Sequence record: MT446402.1
Length of the DNA: 55,824 nucleotides
Reading direction: 5' to 3' (one strand)
Origin: Escherichia virus TH28
Part shown: positions 19,629 through 28,298 of the stretch, in pieces
How positions within the stretch are numbered: the first letter of the stretch is position 1
Layout of the letters: every line of letters begins with the position of its first letter
Translations under genes and position numbers: made by a program
Notes under the pieces: generated by a model
What the model was told of the DNA's origin: nothing
Databases searched by the model: none
The model's input: only the letters and a program-made list of their open reading frames with translations

Positions 19629-19721
19629 TGGACGAGGTTGGGTTCGAACCAACGACACATCTGTCGAACAGATTGCTCTACCTGACTAAGCTCTGGAGCA
19701 GACCTTCTGAGCTACTCGTCC
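19629..19721 (-). tRNA. tRNA-like element, 93 nt, with extra sequence in the D region
   Basis: Minus strand: 7-bp acceptor stem GGACGAG/CTCGTCC, U8-A9, D-stem halves GCTC..GAGC, T-arm GTTGG-TTCGAAC-CCAAC, discriminator A; about 21 extra nt between the D-stem halves; possible anticodon UCG. Confidence 0.4.
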
Positions 19722-20592
19722 AAAATTGGGTGGGTTTTGGTAACGCAGGTTTTCCCGAACTGCGAGGCTTGTAGAATCAGTGAGCCGCCTGTTTGGTATC
19801 TTCGGCCTGCCGTGGATTGATGGTCCCGACTCACTTCATCTCAGGTACGAGGCACTACTTTGCGAGTGCAAGCAGGTGTTGAACCCAAGTACCAACAGGC
19901 AACCTAATTTATTCCACCGTTGTGGAAACCATTGGTTAGAGCAGTTTATTTCCATGCTCAGGGCAATTCACTTTAGGGCGAATTAGGTTATACAGTGCAG
20001 CTTCGAAGTCGCTGCCACAGGCTTGAGATTCCTGTGTGGAGGGAAATCCAAAGGAGCACTTCCTCAAGGAGTTACGTTTCACATTGGCATAGCTTCTCAC
20101 ACTAAACCAATTGAAGACATTCCAGTGTGCTCGTCCGTCCTCCGGAAATATCCAACTGCATAATTAAGTTTGTACTCTGTCACATCCCTACGCGCACTGA
20201 GGGACTTAAGTCTGCATTACATCGCAGAATACAAATTAATTATTGCTCCGATTTATTAATCACATCTCGAAGCCACAATGCGCCAAATTTGGTTACATGG
20301 GATTGGAAGACCACGGAGAGAACTTAAATTTAATTAAGCTGCAACTCGCATTTCAGAATCATTTGCATTTATTTTAAATGAATAAAACAGCCGCATGATA
20401 ACGAATGAAAACTACTTCAATGAACACTCTTGTCGGGGCCACGAGATTGGGCATCGGCCTACCTCCCAACTCTAATCACAAGAATGCTCATTGAAGCCCA
20501 CTCACTCTGGAATGGGTTCAAGGCAGCACCGGACAACTTCCAGTGCACGCCAGATCGATTTAGCTTAGTCTCTCAAGTTTGCCATCGGCAAC

Positions 20593-20931
20593 TTAGAATA
20601 CCGGAGCTTCTTCAACAGCAGCTTCTGCTACTGCAACAGCGGCTTCTTCTTCGACCTTAACTTCTTTCACGGTGTCAAACACAGTGCGTTCAACTTCCGG
20701 ACAACCGGCTTCAACCCACGGCAGGTAGAATGCCAGGAATGCAGCAGCGGTATTGGTCTGCATTGAGCGAGAACGGTCAATCAGCTTGTTGGTGTTTGCG
20801 AACGCTTCAACAGCAGCTTCAATTTTAGCGCCGTTTTCCAGTTTAAAATCGTGTGCGTTACACTCAGCTTCACTCAGGAACAGGGAACCATCGTTAGCTT
20901 CGTACTGAGTTACGGTTACAATCTTAGCCAT
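20593..20931 (-). CDS. hypothetical protein
   Basis: 112-aa ORF, acidic Ala/Glu-rich C-terminus; 17-bp motif 77 nt upstream. Confidence 0.45.
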   Translation of the reverse strand: MAKIVTVTQYEANDGSLFLSEAECNAHDFKLENGAKIEAAVEAFANTNKLIDRSRSMQTNTAAAFLAFYLPWVEAGCPEVERTVFDTVKEVKVEEEAAVAVAEAAVEEAPVF

Positions 20932-21007
20932 TTGTATATACCTTATATTGAATAGTTTTGCACGCCATCATGACGTGACTGTAGATAGATTAAAGAGCCT
21001 TTCTCTT

Positions 21008-21024
21008 TTCACATCCAATTAATG
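21008..21024 (-). promoter_or_regulatory. conserved 17-bp motif (minus strand CATTAATTGGATGTGAA)
   Basis: One of 7 copies of CATTAGTTGGATGTGAA-like motif in gene orientation; 77 nt upstream of 20931 start. Confidence 0.45.
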
Positions 21025-21054
21025 TGTCAGGACTGCTCTGATTTAACAAACAAC

Positions 21055-21729
21055 TCAATACATATTGAATCGTTCGATTGTTTTGATTACCAAATCCTTT
21101 GTCTCAGCGACAGTGAGTTCAGTGATGATTGATTCGTCATAACCCTCAATCTGGATTGCTACAAAACGCCCAACACCTGTTACGGTAAGTCGGTTAGTTC
21201 TGTCACGAACAACTACACCAGCTTCTTGCGCGACTGCTCGCAACAATTTCCAGCGTAAAGTTCGGTTTGGTACAGCAAAGCCCTTTGTCAAGAACAACTC
21301 TTTCATGAGTTCCCCAAGGCAAACAGCTTCAATGTTTTTTCCTCTTCCAACTAATTCTTGCAACAGGCACAGCGTCAACATTTCTAAATTGTTGAAGTGA
21401 CCAGCGCGCTCCAAATTAAAGAACTCTGGAGGAACAGTTGAACGAGATTTAACAGCTTGCTTGTATGCACGTTCTTCTTCCTGTGCAGCAAGCATCAGCA
21501 TCTCTGGCTTAATATATTTCATAGCAGAGAAGCCAGCGCGTGTGGCTTTAATTATGCGACAAGCCTCTTTCATCTTGTAGCGTTGCCACTCACCGCGCTT
21601 CGATTCTGGATTAAAATGGACCCACATAATGATAACATCTTCCTTGGCAAGATAGACGGCATCATTATCATTGAGCCATTGCTTGCACGTCGATAGTGCA
21701 ATCTCTTTGTCATCATCATGATAAGACAT
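21055..21729 (-). CDS. hypothetical protein (internal start of ORF 21055..21786)
   Basis: 243-aa ORF overlaps upstream gene; Met at 21729 removes overlap. Confidence 0.45.
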   Translation of the reverse strand: MSYHDDDKEIALSTCKQWLNDNDAVYLAKEDVIIMWVHFNPESKRGEWQRYKMKEACRIIKATRAGFSAMKYIKPEMLMLAAQEEERAYKQAVKSRSTVPPEFFNLERAGHFNNLEMLTLCLLQELVGRGKNIEAVCLGELMKELFLTKGFAVPNRTLRWKLLRAVAQEAGVVVRDRTNRLTVTGVGRFVAIQIEGYDESIITELTVAETKDLVIKTIERFNMY

Positions 21730-21730
21730 T

Positions 21731-22057
21731 TTAGTGGCCTTGTAGGATACGTTTGTTCGCAGTTTCTGCGTCGATTCCCAAATCAACTAATGTAACCAAG
21801 CACTGCGAAATCCGCTCTTGCGCAGCTTTCTCCAGAATTTGGTATTTTTCGTCGTTAACGCCTAACACATTCTTGGCATGAATGAGTGTAGCCATTAGGC
21901 CATGGCCCAAAGCAACAGCTTGCATTGCCTGGAGTTCAAAGTTGATTGTGATGCCAGCGAGTTCATGCTCTTTCTGGATAATCTCAATCAACTCCTCTTT
22001 CGATTTGTCTTGTAAGTTCAAAATGGAACTCCGTAAGTTGGTTGGTTTGTTGTCCAT
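21731..22057 (-). CDS. hypothetical protein
   Basis: 108-aa ORF. Confidence 0.45.
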   Translation of the reverse strand: MDNKPTNLRSSILNLQDKSKEELIEIIQKEHELAGITINFELQAMQAVALGHGLMATLIHAKNVLGVNDEKYQILEKAAQERISQCLVTLVDLGIDAETANKRILQGH

Positions 22058-22329
22058 TCGCGAGTTGCAATTTGCATGGACTTGTTTGGTCCGAGGTAGA
22101 AGTATTTCTTAACTTCCTCAAGTGTGTATTTAGCACTGCTTCCGAGTATGTCTTTGAAAGTGTGCTTCCAGAACCCATCTTTCTCCGAAATTCCTACGGT
22201 AAAGTCGTTGGTGCCGTTGTACCACCAACGTCCGCCAACCAGGACGAAGTGGATTGTTTCTTCCTCACCTGTGGGAGCTGTTGTTACATTTCTTAATGTC
22301 AAAACTTTAGCAGAATGCTTGCGAATCAT
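22018..22329 (-). CDS. hypothetical protein
   Basis: 103-aa ORF. Confidence 0.45.
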   Translation of the reverse strand: MIRKHSAKVLTLRNVTTAPTGEEETIHFVLVGGRWWYNGTNDFTVGISEKDGFWKHTFKDILGSSAKYTLEEVKKYFYLGPNKSMQIATREWTTNQPTYGVPF

Positions 22330-22964
22330 AGGAACTCTCCAATTTTCGATTCAGTGTTTGTGACTTCTCTTCTCATCTTTTGGCCCAGGAACAGGCCACA
22401 GGGTAGCGCAGGAAGGCCGAAAATCGGGCCACTGCCTACCGTTTGTGTCAATTCTGGATAACTGCATTGGCGAAGGGTTACTCCCGTTAGGGTGCGATAC
22501 GCTAATCACATGAGTGTCGTCGCCATACGGCTCAGGCGTGTCACAGAGGCTTTGCAACCCTTCCCAATACATTCACCCAAATCCCAGCGTTGGCGTAGCT
22601 GGTGGCTCGGTTTTGTGCGGATTATGCCACTCTAAGCCCTGTTTGTCCGACTTTCTCGGAGCACCAGCGACTTGTGGCACAAACCTATTTTCGAATGACT
22701 AACATAAGCATGAGGCATAACCCTCTAATTATTCAGCCCTAACAGCTTGCTTATTTAGTACCAATTCAACCCAATACATCGACCTATAACAAGTGATTAG
22801 CTTCTGCGAAGAAGTATTCTGGCCCTTTGGCCTATGTTAAAAGATAAGTGTATTTGATGGAAACATTCCATCGAAAATAACTTTGTAGAATGAGTTGAAC
22901 ATTCTCGCACGTTATCGGCCGTAACGGTCTACCGAGTTACAAAGTTATTATCTGATGTTGTTTC

Positions 22965-22981
22965 TTCAATTCCAACTAATG
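22965..22981 (-). promoter_or_regulatory. conserved 17-bp motif copy
   Basis: Plus strand TTCAATTCCAACTAATG; part of a roughly 20-bp direct repeat with 23105-23121. Confidence 0.4.
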
Positions 22982-23050
22982 TTTCAGAATTATTCCAATA
23001 TTCCAAACAAAAAGAATAATAAGAATAAATTAAATAAATGAAGAAAGTGC

Positions 23051-23080
23051 TTGACACCCATTTGGCTATAAGTGTATAAT
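23051..23080 (+). promoter_or_regulatory. consensus sigma70-type promoter on the non-coding strand
   Basis: TTGACA (23051-23056), 18-bp spacer, TATAAT (23075-23080), AT-rich upstream; points rightwards, antisense to 23192-23975. Confidence 0.5.
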
Positions 23081-23104
23081 GCCTTTCTTCCCTAAGAGGT
23101 CAGA

Positions 23105-23121
23105 ATCAAATCCCACTAATG
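23105..23121 (-). promoter_or_regulatory. conserved 17-bp motif copy
   Basis: Plus strand ATCAAATCCCACTAATG, directly downstream of the plus-strand sigma70-like promoter. Confidence 0.4.
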
Positions 23122-23191
23122 TTTCAGACTAAAGCCGAAGGCCAATGCGAGTACAAAACCCGCTTGGCACTTCGAAGAAACCCGCCTGGAA

Positions 23192-23395
23192 CTATAGTGT
23201 TTTCCAGTCTGAATCAAACATTACAGTTGGTCGAGTAAAGATTGTTGAAGAATCGGTGCTCAAGAAGGTATGATTCCCATACCGTTTAACTTCCTGATAA
23301 GCAAATCCCTCAATCCACTCTCCGCTGGTGGCTTTAATCTTCGTTGGCCCCAGAATACGGTAATAAGTATTTCTTGGCTGGTGATGAACAATCAT
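23192..23395 (-). CDS. DUF1653-like small protein (internal start)
   Basis: YYRILG ... YQ ... RPTVMF resembles DUF1653 family pattern by recollection. Confidence 0.35.
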   Translation of the reverse strand: MIVHHQPRNTYYRILGPTKIKATSGEWIEGFAYQEVKRYGNHTFLSTDSSTIFTRPTVMFDSDWKTL

Positions 23396-23408
23396 CTCAG
23401 CTTCGATT

Positions 23409-23975
23409 TCAGATGTTTTCAAGCTGCGCACGAAACAATACCCCATTTGAGAAGATGAAGTCTGAACCATAATCGTGAACAAACTTCTCCCAATCAATGT
23501 AGTTCAGTAAATTATCAGGAATGCCATACGAATCGCTTTCCTGTCGGAAATACTGCTCCATAGAGTCAAATTCTCCGATATACGCATCAAGCAAATTAAC
23601 TTCTTGATAGAAGATATCAATTTCATCACTGTCGTATGCAGCCATGATAATTTCTTCACTAACTTCTGTCAGCAAATTGTTATAATGGTCGTAGCGAGTG
23701 CGACTAAAGACACCTTTAATAAAGCAGAGCTTGGTTACGCTGTCATCATCTGATTCGATAATGTCATACGTGCCGGTTTCAGGGAATTCGATTCCGTATT
23801 CTTCATGCAGATACTCCTGCATATTGAAGTCATAGAGCCGCCATGCCAGACCATCAATCCAAACATCTTCAAATTCAGAGTTGTTTTCGCCTGTGTAGAA
23901 ACGAACCAATAAGGTTTCATCTCTACGCCAGGACTTAAGTTGTTCCACTGCTTTAGTAATGTTATCGTTTTGCAT
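23409..23975 (-). CDS. ardA: ArdA-like antirestriction protein
   Basis: Highly acidic; C-terminal block LLNYIDWEKFVHDYGSDFIFSNGVLF matches the conserved ArdA C-terminus (NYID..SG.F....G.F) as I recall it. Confidence 0.6.
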   Translation of the reverse strand: MQNDNITKAVEQLKSWRRDETLLVRFYTGENNSEFEDVWIDGLAWRLYDFNMQEYLHEEYGIEFPETGTYDIIESDDDSVTKLCFIKGVFSRTRYDHYNNLLTEVSEEIIMAAYDSDEIDIFYQEVNLLDAYIGEFDSMEQYFRQESDSYGIPDNLLNYIDWEKFVHDYGSDFIFSNGVLFRAQLENI

Positions 23976-24252
23976 TAAGTTTCTCCCACATACCTTGAAG
24001 TTCCATGTTAAGGATTTTGAGCTGTTCAATTCGCCCTTTCCCGCCCTTTACTAGTATGTCCAGGATGGCGGTCTTCTCTTCATATGTTACTAGATAACAG
24101 CATCTGCCAACCTCAATTTCGTGTCTCAGACTACGGGAATCTTGCACATGATTTGACAAATGTTGGTGGAGTTCTGCCTCTGCACGAGACGTACGCTCCT
24201 GCATACGCTCTAATTCTTTCGGTATTTCCTGATATTCCATCGGATACTCCAT
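23962..24252 (-). CDS. hypothetical protein
   Basis: 96-aa ORF, charged and helical. Confidence 0.4.
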   Translation of the reverse strand: MEYPMEYQEIPKELERMQERTSRAEAELHQHLSNHVQDSRSLRHEIEVGRCCYLVTYEEKTAILDILVKGGKGRIEQLKILNMELQGMWEKLNAKR

Positions 24253-24260
24253 TGATGAAG

Positions 24261-24656
24261 TTATGCTGGAAGTTCGAAGTGCGGTGCGTCGAGGAATTTA
24301 GCCCATTTCACTGGCTTAGTGAATGAACGTTCCCATGTTCCACCCCAACGAATAACAATTCCAAGCTCCTCTGCGGCTTTGAACATGTGTTCAGCTACAA
24401 TTTGGAATCGTTCAAGGTCATTCCAGTCAATTGGGTATGGTGCAATGTCCAAAGCGTTGCCTGACATGTGTCGGCTAATAGAAACTTTGGTTGCACCCTG
24501 CTTTAAAAGCTCTTGTTGACGTTCATAAGAGCGTAAACCTTCCAAAACAGTTACATCAAAAGGCATGGTTTCACATGCCCGTTTGAAAACTGCAACTAAT
24601 GAAGGATTTACTCCCTTAAGTCGGTCTAAAGAACGTTGGCCGAGCTTAACATTCAT
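24261..24656 (-). CDS. peptidase M15 family (L-alanyl-D-glutamate peptidase-like) peptidoglycan hydrolase
   Basis: Zn-ligand motifs SRHMSGNALD and C-terminal HFE; 131 aa. Confidence 0.65.
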   Translation of the reverse strand: MNVKLGQRSLDRLKGVNPSLVAVFKRACETMPFDVTVLEGLRSYERQQELLKQGATKVSISRHMSGNALDIAPYPIDWNDLERFQIVAEHMFKAAEELGIVIRWGGTWERSFTKPVKWAKFLDAPHFELPA

Positions 24657-24931
24657 TATTTACCCTTTAATGCATCGTTTAAAGTGTTGTTCAACAGTGT
24701 GTTGAGTTCATCAAGCTCGTCAAATGCTGCCTGAGCTTTGTTAACTTCGTCAACAAGTAGTGCTCGAAGGACTGCATGCTCAACAAGCACCCATCCGTTA
24801 ATACAGTCGATGAAAACTTTAACTTTATCAACTGGAGCATTTAAATCAAAGGCCGACAAGTCGGATTTGGCATTGTCCAACTTTCCTTTTGCCTTACTTA
24901 GTTCAACAGGAACTTGGTCTATAGAAATCAT
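24656..24931 (-). CDS. hypothetical protein
   Basis: 91-aa ORF. Confidence 0.4.
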   Translation of the reverse strand: MISIDQVPVELSKAKGKLDNAKSDLSAFDLNAPVDKVKVFIDCINGWVLVEHAVLRALLVDEVNKAQAAFDELDELNTLLNNTLNDALKGK

Positions 24932-25161
24932 TGAAAATTATTTCCACTAGGGTGAATGGTTAATTTGAAGGATACTAATTCCCTATTGATTGAGGTTGTT
25001 CCTAGAACTGTTGCCTCAAACAACATGGATTTGGAAGTTTCCTTACCTACACGTTCCAAGTATTTTACAACTCGGTCGTGAATTACTGCCCATTGGCGAT
25101 ATTCGCAATCGGATTCCAGCAGGTATTGAACTCCATCAATGGTAAATTCGGATGACGTCAT
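24928..25161 (-). CDS. hypothetical protein
   Basis: 77-aa ORF. Confidence 0.4.
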   Translation of the reverse strand: MTSSEFTIDGVQYLLESDCEYRQWAVIHDRVVKYLERVGKETSKSMLFEATVLGTTSINRELVSFKLTIHPSGNNFQ

Positions 25162-25508
25162 TTAACTTCCTTACAATAGGTTGATAACAATGGAAATTTG
25201 GCATGAAAGAAGTCAATGTCACGATAAATCTGTAGCACCAAACGTTCCTCAGCGTCAACACCAACTAAGGCCAGCTTACTGCTCTGTGTATTGTAGAACA
25301 CTGTTGACATTGGATTAGGATTTCCATTATCTGGAATCTCAATCCATGTACCTTCGTGCAAAGAAATTGTTGCAATGAGTGGCTGGCTCATTGTAATTGT
25401 TTCAACGGACATTTTGTACCCGCCACACTGGAAGCTGCGAACAGATGCTTCTGATTTGAATGCGAATACTCCAAACAAAATTGTGAGTGCAATGTATAAA
25501 GTTTTCAT
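25158..25508 (-). CDS. secreted / periplasmic protein
   Basis: N-terminal signal-peptide-like MKTLYIALTILFGVFAFKSEA. Confidence 0.45.
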   Translation of the reverse strand: MKTLYIALTILFGVFAFKSEASVRSFQCGGYKMSVETITMSQPLIATISLHEGTWIEIPDNGNPNPMSTVFYNTQSSKLALVGVDAEERLVLQIYRDIDFFHAKFPLLSTYCKEVK

Positions 25509-25563
25509 AAATGCTCCAGTGATAATTAATCGAGGCCACTCGAAGTGGAATGACCTCTGTTAA

Positions 25564-26466
25564 TTACAGCTTCTTAATAAGCTCTGCGGATTTGCTTGCG
25601 GCAACTTTCATTTCATCGCGTGCGGCTTTAGTGATTGATGCCTTGTCCACGCGAATATTGCAGTTGCCAATTGCAATCTTGCCATCTGCTGTTGGTGCAA
25701 GCTGCTGTAAGTCAAGCATTTGCTCCAGCTTTTGCAGAAGAATACGCTGCGCTTCGATTGCATTTTGGATATTTAAAGTTTCCATAACTGCTCTTACCTT
25801 TCTTGAAAATGTTCCGGTTAATGCGAGGCGTACTTGTAGACCTTTAACGTTTCCATAGTCTACATTTACTTTATTGGCTGGTGAATGTGGATGTTTGTAC
25901 ACGTTTGTTACAGTTGCCCAATTATTATTTACCCAAATAACATCACCAACTTCCACATCTTTTCCGAGAACATCTTCTTCATCGGATACTTTCTGCTTCT
26001 TAGATTCTTCTACAGGAAGGAATACTGGATTTATCTGATTAGGGAACTCAATTGTTGGTGAGTTTGACATTGGTCCTGGGTTAACAATATAAACAACCCT
26101 ACTCTTAACAAAGTCGAAGTACCCTTTTTCGTGGTGCAGACGAACATCCGAGCCATAATCTTCTACGCGAGTAATGTAGAAGAAGTTCACACCGTAGCTC
26201 AGTGTTTCACCTGCTACAACCATACAAGCTTTTACTGGAGTAACCTTTGGCAACTCTTTATATGTACCAATGTTACATAAAATTTCAACAGCCTGCATAT
26301 TCTCCAGATTGAAGTATCCCTGTTTTGTGTGGTTTATTTGCACACTGTCTCTGAGTTGAATAACGTCAGCTACAGGATATTCTTCTCCCTCATGAACTAT
26401 TACATCACCTTTCTTAACCAGATTGGCTGGAATCTTTACAACCTTAATTCCCATGATATTCCTCAC
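25564..26466 (-). CDS. hypothetical protein (300 aa)
   Basis: Long ORF on coding strand; no recognised motif. Confidence 0.5.
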   Translation of the reverse strand: MRNIMGIKVVKIPANLVKKGDVIVHEGEEYPVADVIQLRDSVQINHTKQGYFNLENMQAVEILCNIGTYKELPKVTPVKACMVVAGETLSYGVNFFYITRVEDYGSDVRLHHEKGYFDFVKSRVVYIVNPGPMSNSPTIEFPNQINPVFLPVEESKKQKVSDEEDVLGKDVEVGDVIWVNNNWATVTNVYKHPHSPANKVNVDYGNVKGLQVRLALTGTFSRKVRAVMETLNIQNAIEAQRILLQKLEQMLDLQQLAPTADGKIAIGNCNIRVDKASITKAARDEMKVAASKSAELIKKL

Positions 26467-26576
26467 GCATTGCTGAACAGTGCTTACACACCCAAAAGGT
26501 TACATAATCGTTTTCATGCGAAATTTCCCAATTATGTAGCCCTATAAAACATAAAATTTTCATAGGGCATCTCCAA

Positions 26577-26954
26577 TTAGAATGGAATATCGTCGTCGAA
26601 GTCTTTCGGCTCGTTCGGATTGTAGTTACTGTTCTGCGTCTGTTGCTGAATAGGTGCTTGCTGTTGTGCAGCAGGTTGCTGGCGTTGCTGTTGCTGTTGA
26701 GCAGCAGCTTGAGGTTGAGCTTTGGCTTTAGCTTTCTCTTCACGCTTACGCATCATTTCATCAACTTGTTCTTGGGTCATGATGGTGAGTGCCAGCGAGG
26801 TAAATTCATTACCATTGGCTTGCTTGTTCCAACCAGACACCCAATACCAGATTCCGTCAACGTTAATACGTCCACGAACGTCAGGATGTTTTGGGTCTTT
26901 CTTAAAGCCATTGGAACCGATGATGCCAGTGTTTACGTCTGAATATTGTGCCAT
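26577..26954 (-). CDS. short SSB-like protein with Gln-rich linker and SSB-type C-terminal tail
   Basis: C-terminus KDFDDDIPF matches the enterobacterial SSB tip; Q/A-rich linker; N-terminal region only about 65 aa; 17-bp motif 73 nt upstream. Confidence 0.5.
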   Translation of the reverse strand: MAQYSDVNTGIIGSNGFKKDPKHPDVRGRINVDGIWYWVSGWNKQANGNEFTSLALTIMTQEQVDEMMRKREEKAKAKAQPQAAAQQQQQRQQPAAQQQAPIQQQTQNSNYNPNEPKDFDDDIPF

Positions 26955-27026
26955 GATTAAGATTCTCTTAAGTTAATTTACGGTTTAAGTTTCAGCGACA
27001 TTGCTAACCACGGAATAGCTTTGTCT

Positions 27027-27043
27027 CTCACATCCAACTAATG
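27027..27043 (-). promoter_or_regulatory. conserved 17-bp motif copy
   Basis: Plus strand CTCACATCCAACTAATG; 73 nt upstream of 26954 start. Confidence 0.45.
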
Positions 27044-27202
27044 TTGAATTAATCAGGAACACTCAATGAATGCTCCTTGTTAATTTAACGCGCCAGTTTA
27101 TATTCCTGCTTGTAATAGCAGCAGGTTGGCAAAGCCTATAACAATCGTAATTATAACAACGCTAATAGTAAGTGTCAGTATTAGGTATTTAATATTCAAT
27201 CC

Positions 27203-27490
27203 TCACATCACCTTCGATACAGGAATTGGGTCAATGTTTGATTCAGGTTTATACCAACTAACTTCACCAGAATCTTTCACAAGTTCCCAATTATCGGAGA
27301 ATGTACGATAGAGTAGAACATTGTTATCATCAATAACGACAAAACCCAAAGGAGATTGAATATACGCACCTAATGTACCACTGTTTCGAGGAACTCCGTC
27401 ACCACGACCTGCGACGATTTTGTACTTCTTGCCTTTGGTAAAGCTGGAATTAGTTTCACCAACATATTTAACGATTGAATTCTTGTTCAT
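27203..27490 (-). CDS. small hypothetical protein
   Basis: 95-aa ORF; shares short KxVG/W-rich pattern with neighbours. Confidence 0.4.
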   Translation of the reverse strand: MNKNSIVKYVGETNSSFTKGKKYKIVAGRGDGVPRNSGTLGAYIQSPLGFVVIDDNNVLLYRTFSDNWELVKDSGEVSWYKPESNIDPIPVSKVM

Positions 27491-27701
27491 TGCTCTAGTT
27501 TCTCCAAAGCTGCCAAAACTGAATCACCAGAACCGCTAATTACAAGCGACTCTCCTGGAAGATTGTAGGATATATAAGAGAACGTCCATTTTACAACAGT
27601 TCTCTGATATTAGGAGCTGTATTTATCAGACAGCTCTACATCTTGTCTTGCATCATTTAATAAGAACTCCTGTCCATTGACATTGAGTCTTTTAAACATT
27701 T

Positions 27702-28004
27702 CTATATAGTTCTTACCCACGGTTTCATCTTCTCCCATTTAGACAAACCACCTTCAAGACTAAAGATTCGGTTACAGCCAGATTCATCTTTAATGACAAA
27801 TTGAGTTCCTGTCAGTTGAATTGGCTCAAGTGCGCCAAACAACACTTTAGGTTTTGACAAGCTGGTGGCAAGAACCACATAAACTTTGCTTGGGCAAATA
27901 TCAAAAGCAAAGTCGCGAGTGTAAACTAAGTCACCAACTTTCAAATATGCTGGCAACAGGCGACCTGTGGCTGGGTCACGTTGTAAACGAGTACGTTGTT
28001 TCAT
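27702..28004 (-). CDS. small hypothetical protein
   Basis: 100-aa ORF. Confidence 0.4.
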   Translation of the reverse strand: MKQRTRLQRDPATGRLLPAYLKVGDLVYTRDFAFDICPSKVYVVLATSLSKPKVLFGALEPIQLTGTQFVIKDESGCNRIFSLEGGLSKWEKMKPWVRTI

Positions 28005-28067
28005 AAATGCTCCAAGTTAATTAATAATATTCAGCAACCACTCTCATTATAAGAATGGTTGAGGAAA

Positions 28068-28298
28068 TTATTTGACTTCTTTCCAAGTCCAAACACTGCC
28101 GTTTAATGGGACACTTTCACCAATGCTCCAGTAGGGTCTGCCATTGGCAGCCACTCGGTCCCCAACATTCGAAACAATTATTCGAGGGTCGATTCCGTGT
28201 TTTCGCTGTTTGTGGATAAGTTCTCCTTCAATCACATCTCCAACTTTTGGAGTATGTTCGGATGAAGAAGAGGATTTTATACATACAAACTTTGTCAT
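28068..28298 (-). CDS. small hypothetical protein, paralogue of 28295..28522
   Basis: Shared pattern VGDVIEGE ... NGxxWTW. Confidence 0.45.
   Translation of the reverse strand: MTKFVCIKSSSSSEHTPKVGDVIEGELIHKQRKHGIDPRIIVSNVGDRVAANGRPYWSIGESVPLNGSVWTWKEVK

Noticed and set aside
26444-26743. 99-aa minus-strand ORF overlapping the SSB-like gene
   Set aside because: Its N-terminal two-thirds are the alternative-frame reading of the Gln-rich linker; only a short Cys-containing tail (26444-26563) could be real.
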